NCBI GenBank assembly: GCA_041662885.1
Contig: JBAZRP010000002.1
Span: 14,118 to 78,117, forward strand
Length of the DNA: 64,000 nucleotides
Origin: Legionella sp.
Lineage (GTDB): Bacteria > Pseudomonadota > Gammaproteobacteria > Legionellales > Legionellaceae
Direction: 5' to 3'
Positions 1 to 9,646 of this stretch are shown in pieces. Below the pieces are notes generated by a model. That model ran no database searches and was not told the DNA's origin. It saw only the letters and a list, made by a program, of their open reading frames with translations. Numbering within the stretch: the first letter of the stretch is position 1; every line of letters begins with the position of its first letter. The position numbers were made by a program, and so were the translations under genes.

Positions 1-181
1 GATAATAGGTATGCTCCTGATAGTGCTCCGGATAGTCCAGTATTTCATGATATTCAGGATGGGCTAATATAACCGCAACAATTTGCTGCTCTAGTGGCTG
101 CAAAGCTTGTTTTTGTCGGTATTTACGCCAGCTAGAAAAATAAAATTGTCTGGTTTCTTGTAGGGTATCGCCGTAAAACAT
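1..181 (-). CDS. DUF1841-family protein, N-terminal part (gene continues beyond the window start)
   Basis: Absent from the ORF track because it sits at the window edge. A reverse-strand ATG at 181-179 opens a stop-free frame to position 2: MFYGDTLQETRQFYFSSWRKYRQKQALQPLEQQIVAVILAHPEYHEILDYPEHYQEHTYY. The pattern F..W.K...Q.L.PLE..I..VI..HPEYH matches my recollection of DUF1841 proteins. Confidence 0.5.
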   Translation of the reverse strand, partial: MFYGDTLQETRQFYFSSWRKYRQKQALQPLEQQIVAVILAHPEYHEILDYPEHYQEHTYY

Positions 182-327
182 AAATTAATGAGCTCATAAT
201 AAAGTACTGAGTGTAACCGAAGGATTTTATTAGAACAACAGTTTTAAAAAGAATGCTTGACTACTTTGGATTATTTGTGAGATAGTAGCCTCGCGAGGTT
301 GGACTTGCTATGTGTCATTCCACTGGG

Positions 328-1383
328 TCAATTGGCGACACACTGATTGGCCCTTTCTATTTTATATTCCCTACAGACTTTTTCTAAAGCGCCATGCAAG
401 ATTGATCCTACTTGTTGATAAGAATAATTTTGCACTCTAGCGAAGGCATTTTTGCCTAAATTTTTAGCTAATTGTTTATCCTTAATAAGAATTTCTAAGG
501 CATCAGCCATTTTTACTGGATTAACCGGTGGAACTAATAAGGCGCTTTGAGAGTCGTTAATTATGGCTCTTGGTCCCGACAGATCAACAAGCACCATAGG
601 TAAGGAATGGATCATGGCTTCTAAGACAACTAATCCAAAGGCTTCTTCACGGGATGGTAAGCAAAAAATATCAATGCCGTCGTAAAATCCGGGTCTGTCT
701 TCCACCCAGCCTAACATAAGTATATCATCTTGCAGACCAAGCCGCTGAATTAAATCCACATACTTTTCTTTTTCTGGGCCATCTCCGGCAATTTTAGCTT
801 TAAAAATAACGGAGCGTTTTTTTAGCTCGGCTAAAGCCTCAATAAAAACATCCACGCCTTTAATTTCAGCAAAACGAGCGCAGACACCTATTATGGGTAT
901 ATCCGATTCCTTAGGTTTACTAAGGCAGAGGCTTTCTGGGATATGAATCATGTTTGGTACTGTATGGACCGTGTGTGCAGGCTGACCTGCTTTAATAATA
1001 TCTTGGCGCATGGCTTCAGTTATAGCAATGATGGCATCTGTACCAAAATCATAATGGGAACGCACATGGCAAACAGCGATTTTAGGGACTTTCGTTTTCG
1101 TTTTTTGGAATAAATATGCTGCGCGGTAACTGTGAGTGATGATACAGTCGGGTTTTTTGGCTTCAATTAGTTTTCTAAGCTTGCGAATTGCAAAAATATC
1201 GTGCTGATTGTAGTTGTGTACTAGTACTAAGTTCTCTTGTGGACAACTGTGTCTAATTTCGGCATCTGGGTGAATAATTGAAATAACTTGATTTCCCATT
1301 TCGGTTAAGGCAGGAATGTAATTTAAAAATACTTGTTCTAGTCCGCCATTTACTTTTGAAAACATTGCATTGAAGATTTTCAT
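328..1383 (-). CDS. Glycosyltransferase family 4 (GT-B fold), LPS/polysaccharide type
   Basis: 351-aa ORF. The C-terminal half carries the GT4-type 'PSREEAFGLVVLEAM' (E-x7-E) motif, and the overall length and layout fit the family. Confidence 0.85.
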   Translation of the reverse strand: MKIFNAMFSKVNGGLEQVFLNYIPALTEMGNQVISIIHPDAEIRHSCPQENLVLVHNYNQHDIFAIRKLRKLIEAKKPDCIITHSYRAAYLFQKTKTKVPKIAVCHVRSHYDFGTDAIIAITEAMRQDIIKAGQPAHTVHTVPNMIHIPESLCLSKPKESDIPIIGVCARFAEIKGVDVFIEALAELKKRSVIFKAKIAGDGPEKEKYVDLIQRLGLQDDILMLGWVEDRPGFYDGIDIFCLPSREEAFGLVVLEAMIHSLPMVLVDLSGPRAIINDSQSALLVPPVNPVKMADALEILIKDKQLAKNLGKNAFARVQNYSYQQVGSILHGALEKVCREYKIERANQCVAN

Positions 1384-1489
1384 CTAAACCCTAAATTTAA
1401 TTGCAACTTATGTGAAGAGGGGTATAAAATACGTCAATTCTTTATTCTCCTCAAGAGATAGCAAAAAATAAGAACAATTAGGAGGGAGC

Positions 1490-3049
1490 GTGGGCTCTTT
1501 GTTTATTAGAAAATTCATTATTAGTAGTGTGTTAGTTTTTGTAGGGACACTAGGTCAAGCTCTGGCTGCTGAGGTGGTTCCTTTTGAACACATAGATCAC
1601 CCGGCAGATCCCTTGGTCAGTGGTTTTTATCCAACTTATCCAGAAACTGCCAAGGCTTCAGGTGCACAAGAAGAACTAATCAAGCGTGGTGAATATTTAG
1701 CAAAAATGGGTGACTGTATTTCCTGTCATACCAATGTTAAAGGTGGCACAGCGCCTTATGCGGGTGGCCTTCCCCTAGCAACTCCTTTTGGTACTTTTTA
1801 TAGCCCTAATATTACTCCAGATAAAGAAACTGGAATCGGTGCTTGGACTGAAGAGGACTTTATTCGGGCAGTAAAGCGTGGACGCGATCCTAAAGGTAGA
1901 AATTATTTCCCTGTTTTCCCCTATGTCTATTTTTCTAAAATAACTGATGATGATGCCCGTGCCTTATACGCGTATCTTATGAGTATTCCTCCAGTTCATT
2001 TAGAAAATAAACCTTTACCTTTCCCCTTTGGCATCCCGGGTGTTAGAAGTACGCTTTGGGGTTGGAATTTACTATTTTTCTTCCCTGATGATAGTCCTAT
2101 AGAAAATAATAAAGACAAATCACCGCAGTGGAATAGAGGTAAATACTTGGTCGATGGCTTGGGCCATTGCAGCATGTGTCATACCCCGCTGAATGTATTT
2201 GGCGCAGCAAAAACGCGCTATTATTTAACTGGTGGCTTTATTGATGGCTATTGGGCACCCAATATTACTAAAAAGGGTTTGGAATCTGCCAGTGTAGATG
2301 AAGTAGTAAATGTATTTAAAAAAGGTCAGTTGATTAATAATGCTGGTCCTGTTGCGGGTCCCATGGCGGAAGTAAATCATAACAGCTTACGCTATTTAAC
2401 GGACGAAGACTTGCAATCTATTGCTATGTATTTAAAAGATGTAGAGAGTGAAGATCCATTAGGCGTGGACATGCCTTCTAATGAAAAACCTTCTTTAGCT
2501 CGAGGCAAGGTAGTTTATGCCGCTGCTTGTGATATTTGCCATCAAGACAATGAAATGAGCGCGCCAGTTATTGGTGATTCTGCTAATTGGTATTTACGAC
2601 TTAAGGACAGTGGTTTAACTGGCTTATACAGACACGTAATTAATGGATTTAATTCCATGCCTGTCAAAGGTGCCTGTTTGACGTGTTCGGACAATGATAT
2701 CATTTCTTCTGTGGATTATATTTTAAATGCTTCCTTAACCCATGCTCAATGGATGGATCTGAAAGCTGGCGGCGCTAAAAAATATCATGCTAATGGCAAG
2801 ACTATTTATAATGAAAATTGTGCTGCTTGCCATAACGAAGGCAAGTTAGGAGCCCCTAAAATTGGTGATAAAGAAGTTTGGAAGCCAATAATCGCTAAAA
2901 ATATGGATGTACTCATTAAAGAAGTAGTAAATGGTGAACACCATAAGAAAAGCGACAGTTGTGATAAATGCACTACTGAAGAGGTAATTGAAGCGATTAA
3001 GTATATGGTGAGTCAGTCAAAAACCGAAGGTAATTACACCTTGTGGTAA
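1490..3049 (+). CDS. Multi-haem c-type cytochrome (four CxxCH sites: a dihaem N-terminal part plus two cytochrome c5-like C-terminal domains)
   Basis: 519 aa with an N-terminal signal peptide (…LGQALAAEV). Haem sites are CISCH, CSMCH, CDICH and CAACH. An AGGAGG box lies just upstream of the GTG start. The gene sits directly upstream of coxB. Confidence 0.85.
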   Translation: MGSLFIRKFIISSVLVFVGTLGQALAAEVVPFEHIDHPADPLVSGFYPTYPETAKASGAQEELIKRGEYLAKMGDCISCHTNVKGGTAPYAGGLPLATPFGTFYSPNITPDKETGIGAWTEEDFIRAVKRGRDPKGRNYFPVFPYVYFSKITDDDARALYAYLMSIPPVHLENKPLPFPFGIPGVRSTLWGWNLLFFFPDDSPIENNKDKSPQWNRGKYLVDGLGHCSMCHTPLNVFGAAKTRYYLTGGFIDGYWAPNITKKGLESASVDEVVNVFKKGQLINNAGPVAGPMAEVNHNSLRYLTDEDLQSIAMYLKDVESEDPLGVDMPSNEKPSLARGKVVYAAACDICHQDNEMSAPVIGDSANWYLRLKDSGLTGLYRHVINGFNSMPVKGACLTCSDNDIISSVDYILNASLTHAQWMDLKAGGAKKYHANGKTIYNENCAACHNEGKLGAPKIGDKEVWKPIIAKNMDVLIKEVVNGEHHKKSDSCDKCTTEEVIEAIKYMVSQSKTEGNYTLW

Positions 3050-3092
3050 TAGTAGATGTATTCAAAATTTGAAAAAAAGATGAGGGATTGGG

Positions 3093-4298
3093 ATGTTTAA
3101 CAGGTTAAAGATCTGTAGATTGATAATGGCGCTCTGCGCCTTGTTGCCACTGCAATCAGTTTTTGCTGCTGCAGATAAGTGGCAATTAAATATGTTTCGT
3201 GGTGTGACACCTATTAGTAAGGATATTTATTACCTGCATATGGTTGCCATTGTAGTTTGTGTCATTATCGGCGTAGTGGTTTTCGGGGTGATGATTTATT
3301 CTTTAATACACCACAGAAAATCTAAAGGCTATAAGCCCGCACAATTCCACGATAATTTCCATCTGGAAGTGCTGTGGTCCATTATTCCATTTTTAATCTT
3401 AGTTGGATTAGCAGTGCCCGCAACTAAGGTTTTAATTCGTATGAATGATACAGCCGCATCAGAAGTAACTATTAAAATAGTTGGTTATCAATGGCGTTGG
3501 CAGTATCAATATTTAAACGAAGGGATTAGTTTTTTTAGTACTTTGTCGACACCCTATGATCAAATTCATGGTAAAGCTAAAAAAAATGAATGGTATTTAT
3601 TGGAAGTTGATAAGCCTTTAGTAGTGCCTATTCATAAAAAAATTCGCTTCTTAGTTACATCGAATGATGTTATTCATTCTTGGTGGGTACCTGAGTTAGG
3701 CATTAAACGTGATGCTATCCCTGGATTTATGTATGAAGCCTGGGCAAAAATAGAAAAGCCTGGAACTTACAGAGGTCAGTGCGCCGAACTTTGCGGTATA
3801 AATCATGGCTTCATGCCAATTGTTGTTGAAGCAGTCAGTGAAGAAGATTATGCAAAATGGGTGGCTAAGCAAACCAAAGTTGAAGATTCATATGCGACAC
3901 CTATTTTAAGTACTGCAGAACCTAAAACTATGACACGGGCAGAGTTAATGCACTTGGGTAAGCACAAATACCAACAATTGTGTTCCGCTTGTCATAGAAT
4001 TGATGGTAGAGGATTACCACCTATGTACCCGGCGCTAAGAGGAAGCTCTGTTGCAATGGGTGCGCCAATTTCACGACACATAGAAATGATTTTAGACGGT
4101 ATACCTGGTTCGGCTATGCAACCGTATAAAGATCAGTTAACAGATAGTGAAATTGCAGCCATCACAACTTACGAACGTAATGCTTGGGATAATAATACTA
4201 ATGATTTAGTGCAACCCGCAGATGTTGCAACACTGCGACATGGTATGGAACAAAAACCAACCATGGTTTCTAAAGCTAAAGCTGGAGGTTTTCAATGA
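3093..4298 (+). CDS. coxB: Cytochrome c oxidase subunit II with fused C-terminal cytochrome c domain
   Basis: CuA region 'HSWWVPELG…CAELCGINHGFMP', two N-terminal TM helices and a C-terminal CSACH haem-binding domain. Confidence 0.95.
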   Translation: MFNRLKICRLIMALCALLPLQSVFAAADKWQLNMFRGVTPISKDIYYLHMVAIVVCVIIGVVVFGVMIYSLIHHRKSKGYKPAQFHDNFHLEVLWSIIPFLILVGLAVPATKVLIRMNDTAASEVTIKIVGYQWRWQYQYLNEGISFFSTLSTPYDQIHGKAKKNEWYLLEVDKPLVVPIHKKIRFLVTSNDVIHSWWVPELGIKRDAIPGFMYEAWAKIEKPGTYRGQCAELCGINHGFMPIVVEAVSEEDYAKWVAKQTKVEDSYATPILSTAEPKTMTRAELMHLGKHKYQQLCSACHRIDGRGLPPMYPALRGSSVAMGAPISRHIEMILDGIPGSAMQPYKDQLTDSEIAAITTYERNAWDNNTNDLVQPADVATLRHGMEQKPTMVSKAKAGGFQ

Positions 4299-5914
4299 GT
4301 GATGCTTTGACGCATGATGTAGGCCACGACGATCACGATCATGGTCCCTATCGAGGTAAGGGTTTAATTGGATTTGCAAAGCGTTGGGTGTTTACAACCA
4401 ACCATAAAGATATTGGTACGCTTTATTTGTGGATAGCCTTATTCAGTTTCTTTTTAGCAGGTGCAATGGCTTTAGTTATTAGAGCTGAATTATATGAGCC
4501 TGGTCATAGATTTGTTGATCCTAACTTCTTTAATCAAATGACAACTCTGCATGGTTTGATCATGTTGTTTGGTGTGGTAATGCCTGCATTTACCGGTATG
4601 GCTAACTGGCAAATCCCTATGATGATAGGTGCTCCTGATATGGCTTTACCGCGGTTAAATAACTGGAGTTTTTGGATATTGCCTTTTGCCTTTTGTTTGC
4701 TGTTATCTACATTGTTCCATGCTGGTGGAGGTCCTAATTTCGGTTGGACTATGTATGCTCCTTTATCTACTAAATACGCACCACCCAGTACGGATTTTAT
4801 GATATTTGCAATTCATATGTTGGGATTATCATCCATTATGGGTTCGATAAATATTATTGCAACTATTCTGAATTTAAGAGCGCCAGGCATGACTTTAATG
4901 AAAATGCCAATGTTCGTTTGGACTTGGTTAATCACGGCGTTTTTGTTAATTGCAATTATGCCAGTTCTGGCAGGCGCAGTTACTATGATGTTAGCAGACA
5001 GACATTTTGGTACTAGCTTCTTTAGTGCGGCCGGTGGTGGAGATCCGATTTTATTCCAGCATATTTTCTGGTTCTTTGGTCATCCTGAAGTGTATGTTTT
5101 GATTTTACCTGCTTTCGGTGTGATTTCAGAAATCATCCCAACCTTTAGTCGTAAACCATTGTTTGGTTATGTCTTTATGGTTTATGCAGTAGTAATTATT
5201 GCTTTGTTGTCATTTATAGTTTGGGTGCATCATATGTTTACGACAGGAGTACCTTTGGGTGCTGAGTTGTTTTTCATGTATACAACTATGTTGATCGCAG
5301 TGCCTACCGGTATTAAGGTATTTAACTGGGTAAGTACGATGTTCAGAGGTTCTATGACTTTTGAAACACCAATGTTGTTTGCTCTGGCCTTTGTGTTTTT
5401 ATTTACTATCGGTGGTTTTACCGGCTTAATGTTGGCTTTAGTACCAGCTGATTTCCAATACCAAGATAGTTATTTTGTGGTAGCGCATTTTCATTACGTC
5501 TTAGTTCCTGGTGCAATATTTTCATTAATGGCCGCTACATATTATTGGTTGCCGAAATGGACTGGGCATATGTATAACGAAACTATGGGTAAATGGCATT
5601 TTTGGTTATCCGTAATTTCAGTAAATATTACTTTTTTCCCTATGCATTTCTTAGGCTTGGCGGGTATGCCAAGACGTATTCCCGATTATGCTTTGCAATT
5701 TACTAATTTTAATATAATCGCAACCATAGGCGCTTTTATATTTGGTTTTTCGCAACTGTTGTTTTTGTATAACATCATTGCCACTGTTAGAAAGAAAGGG
5801 ACTAAAAAAGATTTGGTGACGAGCAGAGTTTGGGAAGGCTCACATGGTTTAGAGTGGACTTTACCTTCTCCACCTCCTTATCATACGTTTACAACGCCAC
5901 CTGAAGTTAAATAA
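4295..5914 (+). CDS. coxA: Cytochrome c oxidase subunit I
   Basis: 539 aa with haem-copper oxidase signatures ('GHPEVYVLILPAFG', 'WVHHMFTTG', 'VVAHFHYVL'). Its ATGA start overlaps the coxB stop. Confidence 0.97.
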   Translation: MSDALTHDVGHDDHDHGPYRGKGLIGFAKRWVFTTNHKDIGTLYLWIALFSFFLAGAMALVIRAELYEPGHRFVDPNFFNQMTTLHGLIMLFGVVMPAFTGMANWQIPMMIGAPDMALPRLNNWSFWILPFAFCLLLSTLFHAGGGPNFGWTMYAPLSTKYAPPSTDFMIFAIHMLGLSSIMGSINIIATILNLRAPGMTLMKMPMFVWTWLITAFLLIAIMPVLAGAVTMMLADRHFGTSFFSAAGGGDPILFQHIFWFFGHPEVYVLILPAFGVISEIIPTFSRKPLFGYVFMVYAVVIIALLSFIVWVHHMFTTGVPLGAELFFMYTTMLIAVPTGIKVFNWVSTMFRGSMTFETPMLFALAFVFLFTIGGFTGLMLALVPADFQYQDSYFVVAHFHYVLVPGAIFSLMAATYYWLPKWTGHMYNETMGKWHFWLSVISVNITFFPMHFLGLAGMPRRIPDYALQFTNFNIIATIGAFIFGFSQLLFLYNIIATVRKKGTKKDLVTSRVWEGSHGLEWTLPSPPPYHTFTTPPEVK

Positions 5915-5925
5915 AGTGGGCATGT

Positions 5926-6477
5926 ATGAATAAGAAGAAAAACCAAAAGTTATTAGTTTTGTTAACAATTGCTGTTTTGGGTATGTTTGGTTTTGCCTTT
6001 GCTTTGGTGCCAATTTACAATAGTTTGTGTAAGACATTGGGCATTAATGGTAAAACTAATCCCCAAGCCTTAGCTTATGATGTGACTAAAGCTAAAATAG
6101 ATACTGATAGGGAAATTACAATTGAGTTTGTTGCAACTAATAATAGTGGCGTGCCTTGGAAATTTTATCCTAAAGTGAATAAAATTAAGGTGCATCCTGG
6201 CGAAGTTGCTAAATTAGCTTTTTATGCGGAAAACAAGACCGATCACATGATGACAGTACAAGCAATTCCAAGTGTTACACCAGGAATTGCTGCTAAATAT
6301 TTAAAAAAGACTGAATGTTTTTGTTTTACTCAGCAAACATTGAAGGGGCATGAGGCTATGAATATGCCTTTGCTGTTTCATATAGATACTGATTTGCCTA
6401 AGGAAATAAATACAGTAACTTTGTCTTATACTTTGTTCGATGTCAGTGATAGAGCATCGATTAACACAGGAGATTGA
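5926..6477 (+). CDS. ctaG: Cytochrome c oxidase assembly protein CtaG/Cox11 (copper insertion)
   Basis: 183 aa with one N-terminal TM helix and the Cox11-type 'ECFCFTQQ' copper-binding motif. It sits between coxA and coxC. Confidence 0.9.
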   Translation: MNKKKNQKLLVLLTIAVLGMFGFAFALVPIYNSLCKTLGINGKTNPQALAYDVTKAKIDTDREITIEFVATNNSGVPWKFYPKVNKIKVHPGEVAKLAFYAENKTDHMMTVQAIPSVTPGIAAKYLKKTECFCFTQQTLKGHEAMNMPLLFHIDTDLPKEINTVTLSYTLFDVSDRASINTGD

Positions 6478-6483
6478 TACACA

Positions 6484-7353
6484 ATGGGAGATCACGGTAC
6501 CTATTACATCCCTAAGCCCAGTCATTGGCCATTGGTTGGATCTATTGGATTAACCACAACTTTAGTGGGCGCAGCATCCTGGATGCATCACGATTGGTAT
6601 GGTCCTTACGTCTTTTTCTTAGGCCTTGGTATTATTATTTTAATGATGTTTGGCTGGTTCGGTCAGGTCATTTATGAAAATAATAAGGGACTTTATGATC
6701 TTCAAGTTGATAAATCATTCCGCTGGGGTATGTGTTGGTTTATTTTTTCTGAAGTTTGTTTTTTCGGCGGATTTTTCGGCGCCTTATTTTTTGCTCGCTA
6801 TTGGGTAGTGCCTTTGTTAGGCGGAGAAATCCATCCGATCACGCATTTCACTCTTTGGTCTGATTTTAAAGCAGCTTGGCCTTTAATACATAATCCAGAT
6901 AACCAAATTTTCTCTGGCGCACATGAAGCTATGGGTGCTTGGGGATTAGCAGCGCTGAATACTGTTATCCTTCTTACCTCGGGTATCACGATTACCTGGG
7001 CACATTGGGCTTTAAAATTAAAGAAGCGCAATCAATTACTAATCGGCATGGGTTTAACTATTGCCTTGGGTATTTTGTTTTTGGTCTGCCAAGCGTATGA
7101 GTATCATGAAGCTTACACAGACATGAATTTAACTTTAGCCGCTGGTATTTACGGAACTACCTTTTTTATGCTGACCGGGTTTCACGGACTACACGTAACA
7201 CTCGGAACCATTATGCTAATAGTGATTATGATCCGCTGCAAACGAGGACACTTCACTCCCGAACGCCATTTTGCTTTTGAGGGCGTTGCCTGGTATTGGC
7301 ACTTTGTGGACGTGGTCTGGTTGTTCTTATTTATATTTGTGTACTGGTTGTAA
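6484..7353 (+). CDS. coxC: Cytochrome c oxidase subunit III
   Basis: 289 aa, polytopic. The C-terminal 'FEGVAWYWHFVDVVWLFLF' motif is typical of subunit III. Confidence 0.95.
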   Translation: MGDHGTYYIPKPSHWPLVGSIGLTTTLVGAASWMHHDWYGPYVFFLGLGIIILMMFGWFGQVIYENNKGLYDLQVDKSFRWGMCWFIFSEVCFFGGFFGALFFARYWVVPLLGGEIHPITHFTLWSDFKAAWPLIHNPDNQIFSGAHEAMGAWGLAALNTVILLTSGITITWAHWALKLKKRNQLLIGMGLTIALGILFLVCQAYEYHEAYTDMNLTLAAGIYGTTFFMLTGFHGLHVTLGTIMLIVIMIRCKRGHFTPERHFAFEGVAWYWHFVDVVWLFLFIFVYWL

Positions 7354-7355
7354 GT

Positions 7356-7437
7356 TCAATGTCCTTGCGAGCGTAGCGAAGCAATCTAGTGACCTTAGGG
7401 AGCTCTCTAAGGTTACTGGAGCTCGCAAGGACATCGA
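7356..7437. repeat. REP-like long imperfect hairpin ('cattgcgagc' family) between convergent genes; probable bidirectional terminator
   Basis: Arm 'tcaatgtccttgcgagc' (7356-7372) pairs with 'gctcgcaaggacatcga' (7421-7437) with 1 mismatch. An inner stem 'gtgaccttaggg/ctctaaggttac' is also present. Related to the elements at 43129-43165 and 34000-34041. Confidence 0.7.
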
Positions 7438-7445
7438 ACAGAATA

Positions 7446-9329
7446 TTAAAGATACACAACATACTGCAACTCATAATCATCAACCCACTGCCAACCACCC
7501 AAGGTACTAATAGAAAACGAGATCACCCTTTTAGAACTCAAAGATGTTTCATGAAACAAAAGCGCAAAGTCTTGCGTATTTTCGACCAAGGGCGACAGTA
7601 AAAATTTGGAGCGCGCCATACTGGGAATTAATTTATAGCTTGTCTTTGTTCCATTGCTTAATTCAAGGTTAATAGCTAATGTTGCAGGGGCAAGAAGTAT
7701 ACTTGCGATCGTGCCAAAGACGTTTGGTGTAATATCCATGCTCACAAACACTAAGGAATTGTTTACTGGTAATTGGACTATTTCGCCTAATACGTGATGC
7801 TCTTTTATCAATTTTTTCTGACGTACCCTTGCAGAATTATTTTTTTGCAGCAATAAAAATTGATCGTAGATTTTAGCAATATGATAATGATTTAATAAAA
7901 TCGGCCAACTGGCACCATCTTCTAAACTGGGAAATCTATTATCAATTGCCTGTAGATTAAAAAAAATCGAATCAGGACCTTGTTTGGTTTCTAGATGGCG
8001 TCTATTTGCTTGAGCAAATGCTGCTGTAAATACCGAATAACTTTGAAATATCGGACGGGGAGACCATGCATTTCCTGATGCAATTAAATGAGTTTGATTT
8101 GCAGAGTAAATATCCGTTGTTCCTGGGAGCAAAGGTATATTCGCTTGATTTTTTAAATAACCTAAAGCCAATTGGTAATCGCGTTGCATCCAAAGGGGGT
8201 CTTTAAACCAATGAGTCATGCCATGCCAAAAAGAAGAGTAATTGGCAGGCGCATTTACTAAAAATGAAATACTGTTTTGCGATTCAATAAAATACGAAGT
8301 ACCTAAGGTATAAATCATCAAGGGTAGTATCAAGCGTGACTTGATACAAAATGGCAGTATAAGCGCTGCAAAAAGTAATGAAGTTGCAGCAATAACCGCA
8401 TGACCATAATGTCGAGTAAAACCGGATTTGAAAGAAATAAATAAAAATACAGCATAAAGAATCAGAAAGGCATACCGTAATAAGCTATTGGGCACAGTCA
8501 TTTTTCGACATTGTGCAAGACTTAGTGATTGCAAAGAGGAATGGCCAACGCCCCCAACTACCAATAAAAGCAACAAGGAATTAAACCCATATAAAGCCAT
8601 CTCCAGATAACTAAAATCATCCGACATTGCCTGCGAAAATGAAGCAGCCATAGTTATAGTAACGCTCAAATAACTAGGTAGATCAATCAAAGATTGGCCG
8701 CAGGCCAACCAAAAGATACAAGTCGAAATGAGGACGAAAGTCCAGGATAAAAATGCCGCAAAATATTTTTTATCAGCGATAAAAAACAGGCTGCAAATGA
8801 GCATGGTACTAAAACATTCAATCAAAAAAGTACCCTTGATTAATGCTAACAATCCAAAAGGTGCAAAAAATAATACCAATCGCAGATAGTTTTTATTAGT
8901 AAAGGATTCATCAAAAACTATTTTACAACTAGCTAATCCTGCAATAAGAGCATAAGAAAAAAATAAAGAATCACTAGAACAGACCATGGCAACAAGAACC
9001 AGGATATAGCCCAGACCCCATATCCAACTGACATTCTTTAGTAAATATCTAAGACAAAACCAATAACTGCAGGCAAGATACAAACTCCCTGCTAACATCA
9101 TTAATTCAGTGGCGGGGTGATAGCATTTAGTATAAATAGCAGCATATGGACCCAAAGTGAAAATAATATCTCTACCAAAGGCCAAACCCTGAGCTACAGC
9201 TTGATTAAGTCCAAAGGCCCAAGAACCATCCAGGCTGGTTGTTGGTAGCTTGGGGGATACGGGAACAAAGGCTACTAGTGCACTGATAAATAGTGCCAGC
9301 TTAATAAAAGGTATCTGTTTCGGTTGCAC
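7446..9329 (-). CDS. Large polytopic inner-membrane protein with C-terminal soluble domain; function unknown (possibly GT-C-like glycosyltransferase/polymerase)
   Basis: 627-aa ORF. About 370 N-terminal residues hold many predicted TM helices, followed by a ~250-aa hydrophilic domain. The N-terminal 'LDGSWAFGLNQAVAQGLAFGRDIIFTLGPYA' loop resembles uncharacterised membrane proteins from polysaccharide loci, from memory only. Confidence 0.7.
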   Translation of the reverse strand: MQPKQIPFIKLALFISALVAFVPVSPKLPTTSLDGSWAFGLNQAVAQGLAFGRDIIFTLGPYAAIYTKCYHPATELMMLAGSLYLACSYWFCLRYLLKNVSWIWGLGYILVLVAMVCSSDSLFFSYALIAGLASCKIVFDESFTNKNYLRLVLFFAPFGLLALIKGTFLIECFSTMLICSLFFIADKKYFAAFLSWTFVLISTCIFWLACGQSLIDLPSYLSVTITMAASFSQAMSDDFSYLEMALYGFNSLLLLLVVGGVGHSSLQSLSLAQCRKMTVPNSLLRYAFLILYAVFLFISFKSGFTRHYGHAVIAATSLLFAALILPFCIKSRLILPLMIYTLGTSYFIESQNSISFLVNAPANYSSFWHGMTHWFKDPLWMQRDYQLALGYLKNQANIPLLPGTTDIYSANQTHLIASGNAWSPRPIFQSYSVFTAAFAQANRRHLETKQGPDSIFFNLQAIDNRFPSLEDGASWPILLNHYHIAKIYDQFLLLQKNNSARVRQKKLIKEHHVLGEIVQLPVNNSLVFVSMDITPNVFGTIASILLAPATLAINLELSNGTKTSYKLIPSMARSKFLLSPLVENTQDFALLFHETSLSSKRVISFSISTLGGWQWVDDYELQYVVYL

Positions 9330-9646
9330 TGGTCGGCTTCATTTCAAATGCGGATGATTCTATTGTAAGAGCGATAAAGAAAACTGGCAATTAAGTAAGT
9401 CTGATTTGATGAATAGATATTGGCACTGCCCTGTATATAGGGTAAATTAGCCTGACTTTTAATAAAATTAGATACGCCCAATGATACACGTATTACTGGA
9501 ATGATGCTTCTGGATTTACTGCCATAGGGAGTTAGCTGGGGTACTATTAATTAAAGCACTGAGTAGCACATTTTTTGAATTAGCAGATAACGTGTGTTAT
9601 TATTGGCTGGATTGATATATTACGGCGCATCACAAGAGGAATATAA

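Noticed and set aside
7271-7601. ORFs 7271-7510 and 7389-7601 spanning the coxC end, the REP hairpin and the 3' end of the convergent membrane-protein gene.
   Set aside because: They run through a palindromic repeat and overlap two well-supported genes. There is no start context.
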